DNA of 59,516 nt, the filler included, from Squatina squatina (Eukaryota), in the NCBI GenBank assembly GCA_031763465.1. It is 3 parts of 3 records of this genome, joined end to end, with 100 filler letters (N's around TTAATTAATTAA, not from the genome) between each part and the next. Parts side by side here need not be neighbours in the genome. Positions count along the whole stretch, not along the records: positions 1 to 30,785 come from JARFOE010000115.1; 2 more parts are not named here. One strand, 5' to 3'. The translations under genes and the position numbers were made by a program. The notes under the pieces are model-generated. The model was not told the origin of the DNA. It made no database searches and was given only the letters and a program-made list of their open reading frames with translations. Shown here in pieces: positions 1-15,500 of this stretch; the first letter of the stretch is position 1; every line of letters starts with the position of its first letter.

Positions 1-489
1 TGTTTCTCCTAAGCAGTAAATATAGCACCCTACATGCTCTTCTTCCTCGCTTTATGCAAATCAAGACCATCACACAGATCCTGCTCTAGTTCAGTTTTTC
101 CCACAATCTTAAAACTGTGGAACTACTTAGTTCCTTCAGACTTTTCTTTCTCTTAACTATTTTACTGTTTTCAACCTTGCCAGTGTCCTGCACTATGGAC
201 CGTGCCCCTTCACCAGGTTTTCTTTTCAATTAAGAAAATGAAAAACTATTAAAAGGTAACTAATTCCACCAGCACTCTTTATAGCTTTCAATTTGACAAA
301 TCTAATCTTTGATTGTCAATTTCTTCTTTCAGGAAGCTACACTAAAATAAACAGGTAGTTCCTCCAATATCTCAATTCACAGTAAGTAGCTCCCAGCTAG
401 GTGCAATCAGGTTAGTTGGTTTTAATCAGGGTGTCGGAAGGGTGCTAGAATAGGCCTCAGTACTCCTGCATTAGAGGTGAAAATCACCA

Positions 490-680
490 AGGATTCTTGA
501 CCCTGGTCACTACCCAGTCACACCTGCTAAAAGTACATCTGTGTGGATGTCAGGTTTCAGCTCACTGGTGATGCCCTCTTGTGATAAAATAGTCTGCTGA
601 CTATCACAATATGGGCTCAGACATGATGAATAGCCAACGTGGGTAAGGTACTGGAAGGAAACCAGTGTCTGTGAAATCGT
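490..680 (+). mobile_element. Old SINE-like repeat, 3' part
   Basis: Similar to 1110-1300, 39285-39470 and 46500-46650 (gtgtggatgt...gatgcc...gaatagcctgctga...ctcacacatgaagaat). Confidence 0.55.
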
Positions 681-929
681 GCCCCAGTCAGAAGGCAATA
701 ACTTCCAAAAAGGAGGGGAGAAAAGGAGAAACAAACAAAACAAACTGCGGGAAATATTAACTTCACTGGGAAATTCAGTTCAGAGGTTCTTAAGAACAAC
801 AGGCAATGGGTACGGGCCAAGTGACATAGATAAGGAAACTCATTTCTGCATTTTGGCAATGTAAATAATAAGTTTATAAAATAGTGTATCTTTAAAAAAG
901 CAGATAAAGAGAAAAAGTAGTCCTCTGGC

Positions 930-1310
930 ACTCCTCCTCTGATGGTTCAGTGATTAATTCACTGCACAATGTGGTAATGAGCCATCAAGACCAAGAAGAT
1001 TTCAGATTTAATCCTCGGGCTTTGTTATCTTATTTCTACCAGGTGGCAGTAGTATCACTACAACTGGGCTCACTGCTCCCGATTAAGGGAGAGTAAAGAA
1101 ATAATGATCCCAAGGTTCACACTCCTGATCACGCTGTAGAGACCCCTCCTGGAATATGCATGTCCCTTCAAGTGACAACATACTCAGACTTTGCGAAGAT
1201 GCCACACATGTTAGAATAGCCTGCTGATAGTCATTACCCAGGCTCACACATGCAGAATGACCACGTGGTTGATAACTATGGAAACATATCACTACAACAA
1301 TCAATGCCTT
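930..1310 (+). mobile_element. Old tRNA-headed SINE-like repeat
   Basis: A-box-like 'gatggttcagtg' head followed by the same body as 490-680. Confidence 0.55.
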
Positions 1311-2984
1311 CTTTTAAGGACAAGAAACTGGGGCAAACAAATTCACTACTGAAGGATTTGGCCTCAGTTAAAAACCTTCGGTATGGCCATTAAAAGAAAA
1401 CAGTATAATGAACTTAAAAGTCACGAACAAGCAAAGAATTAGATAAAGTACTAAAGGCCAGGAGAATGCAAAAAATTAGATTTAATCAGAATAACTGCAG
1501 TCAACACACCACCGAGCTGATTATCAGATAAGGACGTTTACTTACATTTAACACTGGACAAGATATATTTTTGGAGATTCTGTTGTACTGAACACTGTGA
1601 TACAGTATTTAGACAACCATTGACCATTTATACAGACAAAGCTCATCAATACAAACTCAAGACACACTAAATAGTTCTGAAATGGAACCCACCTATCAAT
1701 ACCATACCAGGATGTCTGTTAGCAGCTCCTCTCACACTTCAAAATTTACTGTACCTGCACTTCTACCTAACTTGGAGGCCACAGAGTAGATAGTAATTAT
1801 TATTTTCACAAAAGTAGAGTGCTTTTTTACTCAGCCATTATCTTCAATAAAACACACCAAAATAAAAATAGACAGGTATATGGAGTACTTACTCCTTTTT
1901 ACTCTTTGTACACAGAGATTATGAGCCACTGCTAAGATTATATTACACAAGGCCTATATGATGAAAAAGTTGTCTCAGTTTGCATTAACAAAGTTTGTCT
2001 GTAATTTGAGAAGAACACCATGTCAAAGGTCACAAAATCTAAGCATTGAAGCAATAGGAATAAGCAGCTTCTATAAGAATATCTGTTGTCCTACATTGTT
2101 CTAAAAATCTCAGAAGTTATAAAGGTGATATCCATCAATTTGCCAAGTTGGGAAGAAGGGAATCCAGCTTTATAAATTACAGCAATAAAATCCAATGGAC
2201 CTGGCACTTGTATGCTCGCATATATACTGTCCAATCATTTGCAACAGTAAACAGGAGATGGCAAACTCAGTTTCATTCCTGAAGTAGGAATCATTTCTGG
2301 ATATGTTTGCAGGTGCGTTTTTCACCAATATTTGTGATTCTCACAGTAGATATATTTTTAAAGTTCAGAAACAAAGGCAAAACTACTAGAACTTTAAACT
2401 AAATTAAAAACCATGTCATGTTTCTCTGCTAACAATTCCTTGCTGAACATAGATGGTACTTTTCCTCAACTGAATTACAAGTTTTATTGACCATATTATC
2501 TTTTTCACCTGCAATCTTTGCTGCCTAATTGCTAGCCACAGCTGCAAATCATTTGGTTATGAACCGTGATTCTTTCCATTTCCAAATGATTATTCATCGG
2601 TTCAAACAAAGGTCACTCGACTACTACAAAGCTTGAAAATTGTTGGCTTGTGAGAAAACCACAAACAACAGTGGAGGAGATATCCCATTAGAACTGGGCA
2701 AAAGGAACAGCCAGCCAGTTTCAACTCATTTAATTAGTGCAGCATTCGCTGTACTGAAAGGCTCATTGGACTTACTCAAAATTGCACTTAGTCAAAATAA
2801 CTCCTCAATCCCAACATTATAAATGTGAAATAAAGTATAGTTGTGATGGCGATTGCTGTCATTACTACCAAAGAATGTCATCACAAACTGAGACGCAAGT
2901 TTGTCCTCCATTCTGCTGAGTTCACGACTACTGTGAGAAGGCAGTGAGCAAGGGGCTTGAGAGCAAATGGGCACGAAGAGTTGG

Positions 2985-3105
2985 GTAGAGAGAGTGGTAG
3001 AAAGTCTGGAGAGAGAAAGAGATGAGGAGAGAGGTGAAGAGGAGAGAGAGGCGAGGGGGAGAGACAGAAAGAGAGAGAGAGAAAAGGGAGAGAGAAAGAG
3101 AGTAT
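2985..3105 (+). repeat. (GA)n-rich purine tract
   Basis: gagagaaagagatgaggagagagg...; abuts an N gap. Confidence 0.9.
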
Positions 3106-5126
3106 NNNNNNNNNNNNNNNNNNNNNNNNNNNNNNNNNNNNNNNNNNNNNNNNNNNNNNNNNNNNNNNNNNNNNNNNNNNNNNNNNNNNNNNNNNNNNNN
3201 NNNNNNNNNNNNNNNNNNNATTTGATTTATTCTGGGCATTCTACTTCCATAACTGGAACAAACAATTTAATTGTTTTGTGGTTAATAAGAAATTGAAATG
3301 TTTTTGCTAATGCACACTGAATTAGCATCAAGATAGATCACTAACAGTGTGGATTACATACAGAGTAAAGATTCTACAATAGTGCTAACAACATGCCTTA
3401 GTACTGACCTCAGACAAGCACCCAATGTAACTTTGCTTAGTAAAATTGGCAAATTAATTTTAAAATACAGAAAATGTGATGGTTTGGACTCACACCTATT
3501 TGGGAATGAACTGAAATTAGTAAAGGTATTTCACTTGAAAGTCTTCAAACTGTTAAAGAGTTTGGGCTGGATTCAGACCCAGGTCTCTGAAGTGAGGGCA
3601 ATATTCATACCTAGTGTGCTACCCAATCCAATGTTAAGCACTGACATACAGAAATCCAAGAACACTCAAGATCCTGCTTCAGGTATCAGATTTTAATGGT
3701 TTGGAACCAAATCAACAATCCAAGGCTTGGCTCCTGAAACCAACCTGAATTTCAATTAAAGCTAAAATTGGCTCTATGATTCCAGTTTGCCCACCAGAAC
3801 ACTCAAAACACTTGACCCCAAACCTCTCTGACTGTTTTATCATCTTCCAATTGTACACTGGTATTAAACTTTGCAGTTCCTTTAATTCCTTCCCTCAAGA
3901 TCACAGTCACACAAACAAACAATAACTGTAACAGAAATAAACGTTCTGGAAAATTACAGATAATTGGGATACCTTATGTTATATTAATTAACAAAATGAA
4001 AAACATATCAATTAAACCTGGGCATTACCTTTTTAAAAATAAACAGTACAACATTCAGCATGAAATAGACAGAGCTAGCTTGTTTTAGAGCCTTATGCAA
4101 GTACATTCATTAAATTTCATTTGCCTGACCCAAATGCTTGATACTGTTGAAATTTTAGGGTTTCCCCTTTTAATTTCAGTTAACAACAAAATCCAGCTTG
4201 AGTCAAAGTCTACAAAATGCATTTACAACTAAAACATTTATGTAACTATGTACAGTTGAATAAGGCTCAAATATTTGTGTCAATATGATGGGGGTTTGTT
4301 TTATATATTTTTATGCAGAAAGGCACAAACCATTTCAAGGAATAAATCCCATTTTTCCTAAATGATCTGCAATTCAACTAATTGCAAGTAATCTAATAAG
4401 TAGCTTTCATTATTACAAAAGCAATATAAAGTCTTTATTCCTAATGGACTTTAATTATGTACATAGCACCAAAGGCCTAAAAACCCACCATTAGGGTCCC
4501 ACTTATGTATTTCTACAGAAGACAGGCTGAATACTATTTACCCAATGAGTCAATATGGAAATTATTTTATATGTATTTTACCAAACAAATGGATACAATC
4601 AATATATTTACACAATGTAAGCCTGTCAAGACTTATGTACTGCGCCACTCGAGGGGCATCAATTTGTCATGTAATGGAAATTATTCCTCTAGGTGGAGAA
4701 TAAATGGTTTTAATTTATTAAGAGTGCATTAAATAACCTGTGCTGCTGAATTTTAAATAGGAATCTCATGAAACTTCACAAACAAAGGTGCTACTCTTTT
4801 GTGGGTTTAGTTACTGTCTGAAAACATATTTTGTATTTTTGGTCTAAAGAATTGTGTTTTTAAATACTGTAATATAAATGCATTGATTTCATGCATAAAT
4901 TGTAGTGCTGCAAAAGATTTGCAAATTGGACAACTGTCTAATTTTAAAATTAACAATTTGTAGGTATTACAATAAGTGTGATGCACAAGCAAACGAACAT
5001 GCATCAGTAAGTTTCATGTCATTATTTAGCACATGCGTTATTGCTGCATGTGGTCAGACAACGCTATCTATTAATGCACTGAAATCAATGCATTAAACCC
5101 AAACGCAAAATCAGATATTGTGGCTA

Positions 5127-6545
<1,419 letters not shown>

Positions 6546-9500
6546 TGTCCCAAGCTCCCCACCCTGTGAAAGTCACAATGTTTTCATTCATCTGTNNNNN
6601 NNNNNNNNNNNNNNNNNNNNNNNNNNNNNNNNNNNNNNNNNNNNNNNNNNNNNNNNNNNNNNNNNNNNNNNNNNNNNNNNNNNNNNNNNNNNNNNCGTGG
6701 CAGAGAGTTTGGCTATTTGCCAAATTCCTACCCAGCGAAAGTCGTTCAATTCCTTATGACTGAAAAAGCAGACGTACAGGCCTGCTTTTCAGTCATAAGA
6801 CTTTTAAAACGCAAAAAGAAATTCAGGAATTTAAACATTTAAAATCATGTCAAATAAGATAAATTTATTTTTAGTCACTTTAAACTACATACATTTATTT
6901 TTCAAAAAAATGAATTCACTGCATAATCAATTGTGTTGTTGCACACTCCTTTGTGAACATAGTAAACTGTGTTGCAAGACAGTGTCACGATAACAGTGCC
7001 CTTTCAAGATGCAGTATCCTTTTAAAAGCTTAATGCTTCTTTTATTCACTTGCTGTTCTTTGTTTTAGAGTCCAAGGTTTACAGGATATTGCATTAGTTA
7101 TGGTCAAACTATTCGTTTCTGAATATGAAATTCTCATATATACTAATGGGTAGTTTCATAATGTAATGCAGCATCACCAGTGCAATGTTCTGTTTACCCC
7201 ATGGAGAAATGTTTTCAAACACTTTCTAGAATATGGCATGCAGATATGACATTAGGGTGATAATTCATTGCTGTTTATCATCTTTAATTTTACTGCAGTG
7301 AATTGTCACCTCACTCGGCAATTAAATTACCCATAATAACTGCAGAATAATTTAAATTGGTGAAACCAAATAAGAAGAAAGTTACAGTATAGAAGGTTGA
7401 TTCAATATTTCTGCCTGTCATATGAAATCATATGGAACATTTTCTAAAAATGTTCAAGCTTCTAAAATATCTGTCACAAAGCATTTGTTATTGACAAAGA
7501 ATATCTTAGTAATGGTGATCTGTAACTCATGAACATGGAGAAGCACATGCAAGCTCCAGTAGGTCTGCTTCGTGAAGCGAGAACTCTGGAATCTACTGAT
7601 AAGACGTTCTGTTTTGATTTGGAGAATGGTTCCAGGGATCCTACATGACCTTCATATTCCACAATTACTAAATATTCAGAATTGCATGTATACTTAAAAA
7701 AAAAATCATGGCTGTTATTGCTCCCATCAAATTATAAACTGCAGTATGGAACCACAGATTTTCAACAGTGTATTTGAGGATTTTCTCCAATTTTCATTCA
7801 TGGGGTGAAGATTTCCTCTGTGGACAATTTGTAACAAAATTGTAAACCGGTTCTTTATACATTGTTTAGTATTTTGTTAAACATAGCATATAGAGGAAAT
7901 CTCCTAATATGTTCTTTTTCATTGAAAATCAGTTCAGGTCCCGACCTTCCTCTTTGAACAAAATCAGGAGAAATGCCGATCTTTCACTGAAATTAATGAG
8001 AATATGCAGCAGTGAAATGGATAATTCCAGGGAACATACTGTTGTTAGCGATAAGANNNNNNNNNNNNNNNNNNNNNNNNNNNNNNNNNNNNNNNNNNNN
8101 NNNNNNNNNNNNNNNNNNNNNNNNNNNNNNNNNNNNNNNNNNNNNNNNNNNNNNNNGGCTATCCATTTACAGTTGAAGACCAGAGCATAACAGAACATAG
8201 TCCAAGTCCTCAAAGCATGAAAGGGGTGTGTGCTTGTGGCAATGTATTCTGCAATGTCACGTCTGTGTGCAGAAGAGAATGCAGCAAAATGATTGGTGGC
8301 AACAGTGATTCATTATTTTTACTATCATTTCAAAAGAACTAAAATTAAAAATCAAACTTCACATGATAAAAACTTGCTGTAGTTTTGGCTTTCACCAGCA
8401 GTCATTTGGTGTTCATGCAGAATCTTTGTGGTAGGCTATTATTGGCTTTGAACAAAAACTGAGTTTTACCCAAAAAAAGCCTCAAGAAGTGACCAAACCA
8501 TTGAATAGCTGTGTAGAATTAATCATATTTGATGCTCTCTTTCTTATATTTTCATCAACTAAATGTCTGTGATTCATGTGCTTTAAGCAACCTGTTAATA
8601 CAACTGATTAGATGTTTTATACAAGGGCAATTAAATATTTATGATAAAGAGAACAGTTATAAAAGATGTTACAATATGTAAATATTGTGACATTCACTTG
8701 TGTTTCATTGATGTGCAACAGTGTACTGTGGCGCATATCACATTTGGCATGGAGTGAATGGAAATTTGTAAAACAATGAATTTAGAAATCAGGCAATTAA
8801 AGGATTAAGCGAAACCAGAATCTTTAGCTCACTCCAATTTTGATTTAACATGGGAATCTGGGTTGAAACAGCTGATCTAACTTCATCAATAAGGAGCTTC
8901 CTGACCCTTTAACCCTAAACCAGCTGAATAAACAGGAACTCCATTTAGCTTGTGTAATCATACTGTGTTCTGTATTTTTTTGGCTATGATGAAAGCAGAG
9001 ATTTCAGTTTCTTACATTTGAGTCATCTAAGCCTTTATTAATCTTAAATAAACGTTCAGGTTTGAACAATGTCATAAACCTCATATGAAATACTAATGAG
9101 ACTCCAGCTGATCTGTCTGATGTAGTTTAAATTGTAACTGGACTGTGATTGGCATCTGCGACAGACAATAGAGCTGATATTTCTCTGTTCCCTGCTCTCC
9201 AATAGTGTCTGAAAAAAAAACAGGTGCAGCGCAGAAGGGAAATGGGTGCTAATCTTTTGCTCTCATTCTGCTTTGCAACAGCACTGCACCCAAACATCCT
9301 CCATGGCTTTTATAAGTAAAGAAAGACTAGGCTCTAGTGTTCCATCCTTCACCACCTGGCTATCCGATTTCCACATAAAAGAAAAAGGAAGACTTGCATC
9401 AATTTAAATTGCATGTAAGTGAATGCCAGCAGGCTTTGCACCTAAATTTCCTCCAATAGTGCTGGGCGCTGAACAATGCCAGGCTGACCCCATAAGTACC

Positions 9501-12500
9501 TGGCACTGCTGATTATTGAGCTGCTGTTTAGGTGCTGTGCGGGTATAAAACAGGCGCAGAGCAGACCAATTTAGCAGTGGNNNNNNNNNNNNNNNNNNNN
9601 NNNNNNNNNNNNNNNNNNNNNNNNNNNNNNNNNNNNNNNNNNNNNNNNNNNNNNNNNNNNNNNNNNNNNNNNNNNNNNNNTCGTAGTCAGTGATTATCGT
9701 ATCGATCACAGAAAGCATATATTTCTCAGCCGCTGTCAACCTATGCCAAAATATCCTCAAAAATTATAATCAAATTAATGTCCATTTTCAAGAATGATGC
9801 TGCATAATTTCTACATAATCTATTGACCAAAATCCTCAGATCATCAGGTCAAGTATGTGGCTAAATGCAAAGAAACTGCTTCTTGCTTCTCTTGGAAATA
9901 GCCAAGTGCAGAGGGAGAAAATCACTAATAATATTTCAGTAGTCGTGCTTTAGTTTTGTTTTTTATTTGGTTCTAATTACAGTTTATAATTCCTTTAATC
10001 AGAGTGATTTTCAAACATTTCCATTGTTCAGACCATAGACAATTACACTGCTTTGTAGGTGGGGCTCAGTAGAAGCCGTAATCGTGCTTTGGAAAACACA
10101 AAAGAAACTTAGCTCGTTATAGCTGAATTTATTGAATCCCAATACCATTATTTCTGATTTGCAAACTAATGCTGACTGTATTCGGAAAGTAATTTGGCAT
10201 TTATTTACATTTATTGGGGTTTAAAAATGCTTTTTGTAAGTGAGAATAAGTAAGCTGGTCCTGAGAGAGATCTATCCTATTATTCANNNNNNNNNNNNNN
10301 NNNNNNNNNNNNNNNNNNNNNNNNNNNNNNNNNNNNNNNNNNNNNNNNNNNNNNNNNNNNNNNNNNNNNNNNNNNNNNNNNNNNNNNNNNNNNNNNNNNN
10401 NNNNNNNNNNNNNNNNNNNNNNNNNNNNNNNNNNNNNNNNNNNNNNNNNNNNNNNNNNNNNNNNNNNNNNNNNNNNNNNNNNNNNNNNNNNNNNNNNNNN
10501 NNNNNNNNNNNGAACAGCCAGATTTTCAGTTACTTACATCTCCGTCTCTTCCCTAAGCAGCTGCCTCTCCCAGCTTCCATCTTTATCAGGTTTTCATACA
10601 GGGATTACAGGCATTTTGAGATTATGGTTCAGTAGGAAGCAGCTGTCTGTGGCCTTCATTCTCTACTTGTAGATGTGAGTAAATATGACAGTTCTAAAGT
10701 AGCCAGGTACTGGACATGTTTAGCATTTAAAAAATAATAGTCTGAGCAGAATATGTACAAAAAGGAATCAGGAAAAATACTGTAGCTGTGTTCTAATTTT
10801 TTTCTTGTACATGTTTTGTACTGTAATCTAAGTAGTTTAGCCTTTGCAAGCTCATGGTAATGTTTTTGCATTATGTTCAAACAACAATAAGGATAGGTTA
10901 TTTCTGCTTTTCTTACAGATTCTCTTTGATAAATGTTGTAAACTATAATCCTTTTTCATTTTTGAAATTCACCTACATTATGCATTTTCAGAATATTATG
11001 CGCGACAGTATGAGACAAACCTACCTTTCAAAATATCTGAAGCCTGAAAACTACATTTTGTGTTCAATGGAGGTAATGGTGCAGCAGACAGAATATTGTT
11101 CTGATAATTTGTTTAATGAAAACAAACCTCAATCAGGGCATCAGGATTAGTCTGCACGAGGTTCATCTTATTGTATATACTTTCCCATCAGCTCTGAAGC
11201 ATGTACAAACAAATTGTAAAACAGAACCTTAACTTGCAAACTAGCTAGATGGAGGGTCAATATGTGCACGTTTATTTTGTGCAAGTAATTATGTTGAATG
11301 TGTTGGAGCTAAAGAGAAGGCAAATTTCCCTCTGCCAATATTGCATTTAGGAAGATTCAGTTACCGAGCATTTTACGGTGTGACAGTGATATGACAAACA
11401 TGCTGTTAATTGTTAAAATATTGAAGAACTTTAATGAACATCAGAAATGGCATTACCATCAACTTTCAAAATCATTAAAATGGAATTACTGGAAAAAGCA
11501 ATTGTCGCACTCGTCTGGGTGACCTTTGACTCCTGCGACAGGAACAGAGCCTCGCTTTAGCTTTGGTAAACAAAATTGCAGGCTTTTCTGTGAAAATGAT
11601 GTTCATGCTTGAATAGGAAAGACAATGCATCATAGAGTAGATGTGTAGATGTGATGAGGATTGTAGAAGAATTTTTGTGCTTTAAAAAAGGGGCAATTTT
11701 AACTACCCACCCGACAGAAACTGGGCAGGTGGGCAGTTAAAATCNNNNNNNNNNNNNNNNNNNNNNNNNNNNNNNNNNNNNNNNNNNNNNNNNNNNNNNN
11801 NNNNNNNNNNNNNNNNNNNNNNNNNNNNNNNNNNNNNNNNNNNNATCAGCTGATTTGGCATATGTCTGTATTTATGAGATTAATGGGGCTACATTAAAAT
11901 TAACAGCATGTGAAGAGATGGATTCTTGATCTCTGGCACACGTCATTCGACCTCTCCTCTCTTTGCCCCACCACCTCCTCCCAACCAAAGGCCAGCCAGA
12001 GGGACAGCACCACTCGAAGAGTCCAGTCACCCGCCGGAATCAAAGCACAGCCTGTACACTGTGATCACATAGCAGCAAATGTCTTACACAGGAAGAACAT
12101 AGGAAGTGTTCCCACAGAGAAATTAGCTTGAACTAGGTGACAAATGAAAGAGCAGTGAGAAAAGAGCGATCTTGAACTGTGCAAGGTAATTCTGGTCTAT
12201 TCATTGTAACTGTGTGGTAAAATTGTGAATTTTCATTTCAATATAACTTCTGTTTGAAAGTATATGTGACTAACATAATGTTGTGGTAAAAGCCACAAGT
12301 AACATTTACCTTTCAAGTATTTGTTCTGGCTTCTGAGTTATTCTTCATCTATTCTTGATCCTTTGGGCTGAATAGATTCATTGTTATGTTTCTAAATAAC
12401 AAGAATTGCATGCAGTACAGCGATGATAACTTTAAACATTAATTCTTTTTCATATTTAGATCCACAAATATAAATATAGAATATGCATTGTTTTTGTCTC

Positions 12501-15500
12501 TAGTACTCTGCGCCTACAGTGCTGCCNNNNNNNNNNNNNNNNNNNNNNNNNNNNNNNNNNNNNNNNNNNNNNNNNNNNNNNNNNNNNNNNNNNNNNNNNN
12601 NNNNNNNNNNNNNNNNNNNNNNNNNNNNNNNNNNNNNNNNNNNNNNNNNNNNNNNNNNNNNNNNNNNNNNNNNNNNNNNNNNNNNNNNNNNNNNNNNNNN
12701 NNNNNNNNNNNNNNNNNNNNNNNNNNNNNNNNNNNNNNNNNNNNNNNNNNNNNNNNNNNNNNNNNNNNNNNNNNNNNNNNNNNNNNNNNNNNNNNNNNNN
12801 NNNNNNNNNNNNNNNNNNNNNNNNNNNNNNNNNNNNNNNNNNNNNNNNNNNNNNNNNNNNNNNNNNNNNNNNNNNNNNNNNNNNNNNNNNNNNNNNNNNN
12901 NNNNNNNNNNNNNNNNNNNNNNNNNNNNNNNNNNNNNNNNNNNNNNNNNNNNNNNNNNNNNNNNNNNNNNNNNNNNNNNNNNNNNNNNNNNNNNNNNNNN
13001 NNNNNNNNNNNNNNNNNNNNNNNNNNNNNNNNNNNNNNNNNNNNNNNNNNNNNNNNNNNNNNNNNNNNNNNNNNNNNNNNNNNNNNNNNNNNNNNNNNNN
13101 NNNNNNNNNNNNNNNNNNNNNNNNNNNNNNNNNNNNNNNNNNNNNNNNNNCACCCAGCTTAGCTCGCTTGCAGACTTTCAATCAATTCAACGTTATTAAT
13201 AATGATCATTTTCAGGCCACTCTTGTGGTTGACGATGCTGACACTGCAGTAGTATTGCAGCAGGCCAGCGGAATGCTTGGCTCTACCTCGTACCGCAGTC
13301 ATGCCCCTGCCCCCTTGCTCGATCGGCTGTAGGTTAACAGCTGGGCAAATAGTGGTGTTGTGGTCAGCATTTAATTCCTGGGCCCCTTTGGTGGACCTTA
13401 ATTTGGATGTTCTGGAAGCAAAAGCTAATGACCTTAACACCCCTGGAAGTGAAGTCACACAAAATGCTCCAGGGTAGTTCATAGGGTTAACCTTCTGAAT
13501 ACTGAATTTTCTTTGTATTTTGTACCACGCGAATATATTTCTCTTGCTTAAATGGGCACCGATTCATTTATCAAGTTATAAGTTTTTTTTATACAGTAAT
13601 TTACTACTTCAGATTTGATTTTTTCTAACATTCTAATTTATTCTAGTTCCATGATTAAATGCTTNNNNNNNNNNNNNNNNNNNNNNNNNNNNNNNNNNNN
13701 NNNNNNNNNNNNNNNNNNNNNNNNNNNNNNNNNNNNNNNNNNNNNNNNNNNNNNNNNNNNNNNNCCAATTAGCTTTTACCAGACAGAAAACCACCATATT
13801 TCTGTGCATCTAATATGAGAATTATTAATTGAAACAATTCGAGTGTTGAGGCCAGTCGTTAGGTAGCCATAACCAGCTCATTGTAAAGCTAGAGCTCTTC
13901 TGATGTGACTTTATTACTTCAACCTTAAATCAATTTGCGCTGAACTACTATAATATTTCACCAGAGGGAGAAAAAAAGCAGTCTTAAAGCACTTAGTTGC
14001 AAGCCTTTTGCAGTTGAGGACATGAACATATAATTTTTTGTGAAAGAAATATTATATAAGAATTGCTGGGTCCATAAATAAATCTGATCCAGTCCATTCA
14101 GTTGTACTTAATGGGACCAATTTACCACCCTCAGTATGTTTTGTATTGTTCTGTGCACATCAAAATTCTAAACAAGGTTCTCCTGAATCTTCAGTTTATT
14201 TGTGCTTCACAGTTACGGTACCCTTTTCCCCCCTCAAAATTGTCTTCAATTTCTTCTCCTTTTCTGCAGGCAGTGGCTTTATGCTGGGATGGCTCCAATA
14301 TCTAATCCAAGTGGCCAAATTGCTTGGGTGAAATTGCACAGTGCAATATTACTATAAGAAGCAGAAAGAAAGAAAGAGCTTGCAGTTATATAGTGCTTTT
14401 CACAACCTCAAGGCATCTCCAAGCGCTTTACAGCCAATGAAGTACTTTTGAAGTGTAGTCACTGTTGNNNNNNNNNNNNNNNNNNNNNNNNNNNNNNNNN
14501 NNNNNNNNNNNNNNNNNNNNNNNNNNNNNNNNNNNNNNNNNNNNNNNNNNNNNNNNNNNNNNNNNNNTTTATCTGAACCCAATAGAATCCTATTCATTTG
14601 CATGGTAATATAGCTCAAATCTAAATCACAGTAATGGCTTTAGTGGTATCTATAAAAAAAAGCAACCTCAAGTTTAATCATACAGTATCTCTCTTTGCCA
14701 TTTATTTTCAGTCCATGTGAAGAATGTGGATAAATTACTCAGACCATAAAGCTATTTGAGAATGAATACCACTGTGTAATTGTTGGGGAGATTTGTGAAG
14801 GGGAACCATTATTTCATTAGTTTCAGGAGTTCATGCCATGGTGTTTGAGTTTCAATCTCCACACAGCACAGGTTGGTGGCTTAGCATTTAAAGGTTTGCT
14901 TTAACCCAGGTAACAAACAAATTCAGATAGGTACTGTATCTGAGATCTAGAAAAGCATGTGCTGTAGCTTGAAAAGTGGGTTGTTAACAAAAATACTTCT
15001 TAAAAAGGGCAAAGAAATAAACCAGGAAACTACTGGCCAGTCAGCCCAATATCGGTGGTGGGAAAACTTCTGGAGACAAGAATTCCTGAGAAAATTAGTT
15101 GTCACTTGGAAGAACATAAACCAGAGCCAACATGGNNNNNNNNNNNNNNNNNNNNNNNNNNNNNNNNNNNNNNNNNNNNNNNNNNNNNNNNNNNNNNNNN
15201 NNNNNNNNNNNNNNNNNNNNNNNNNNNNNNNNNNNCCCTTATGTGTGCAGGTGCCAAAGCCATACTGGAATCTTTTCAATGTAAAATCATCGTAGAACAG
15301 TAAAGCACAGGAGAAGGCCATTCGCCCCATCATATGATTGCGCGTCACCCAATAGAGAGAGCCTTCTGTTTAAAATTGAAGGAATTAAGAGGCTTACAGA
15401 AATTGTCATAGCTTTAGCGATTCTTTTATTGAAAAAAAAAACTCTTTTTTAACTTTTGCTTCATAAATGACTATTTTTGTCACTTTCTGATTCATTGTTC

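Noticed and set aside
12456-13199. Long ORFs here and at 21816-23027 and 41592-42263
   Set aside because: Almost entirely N-gap translations.
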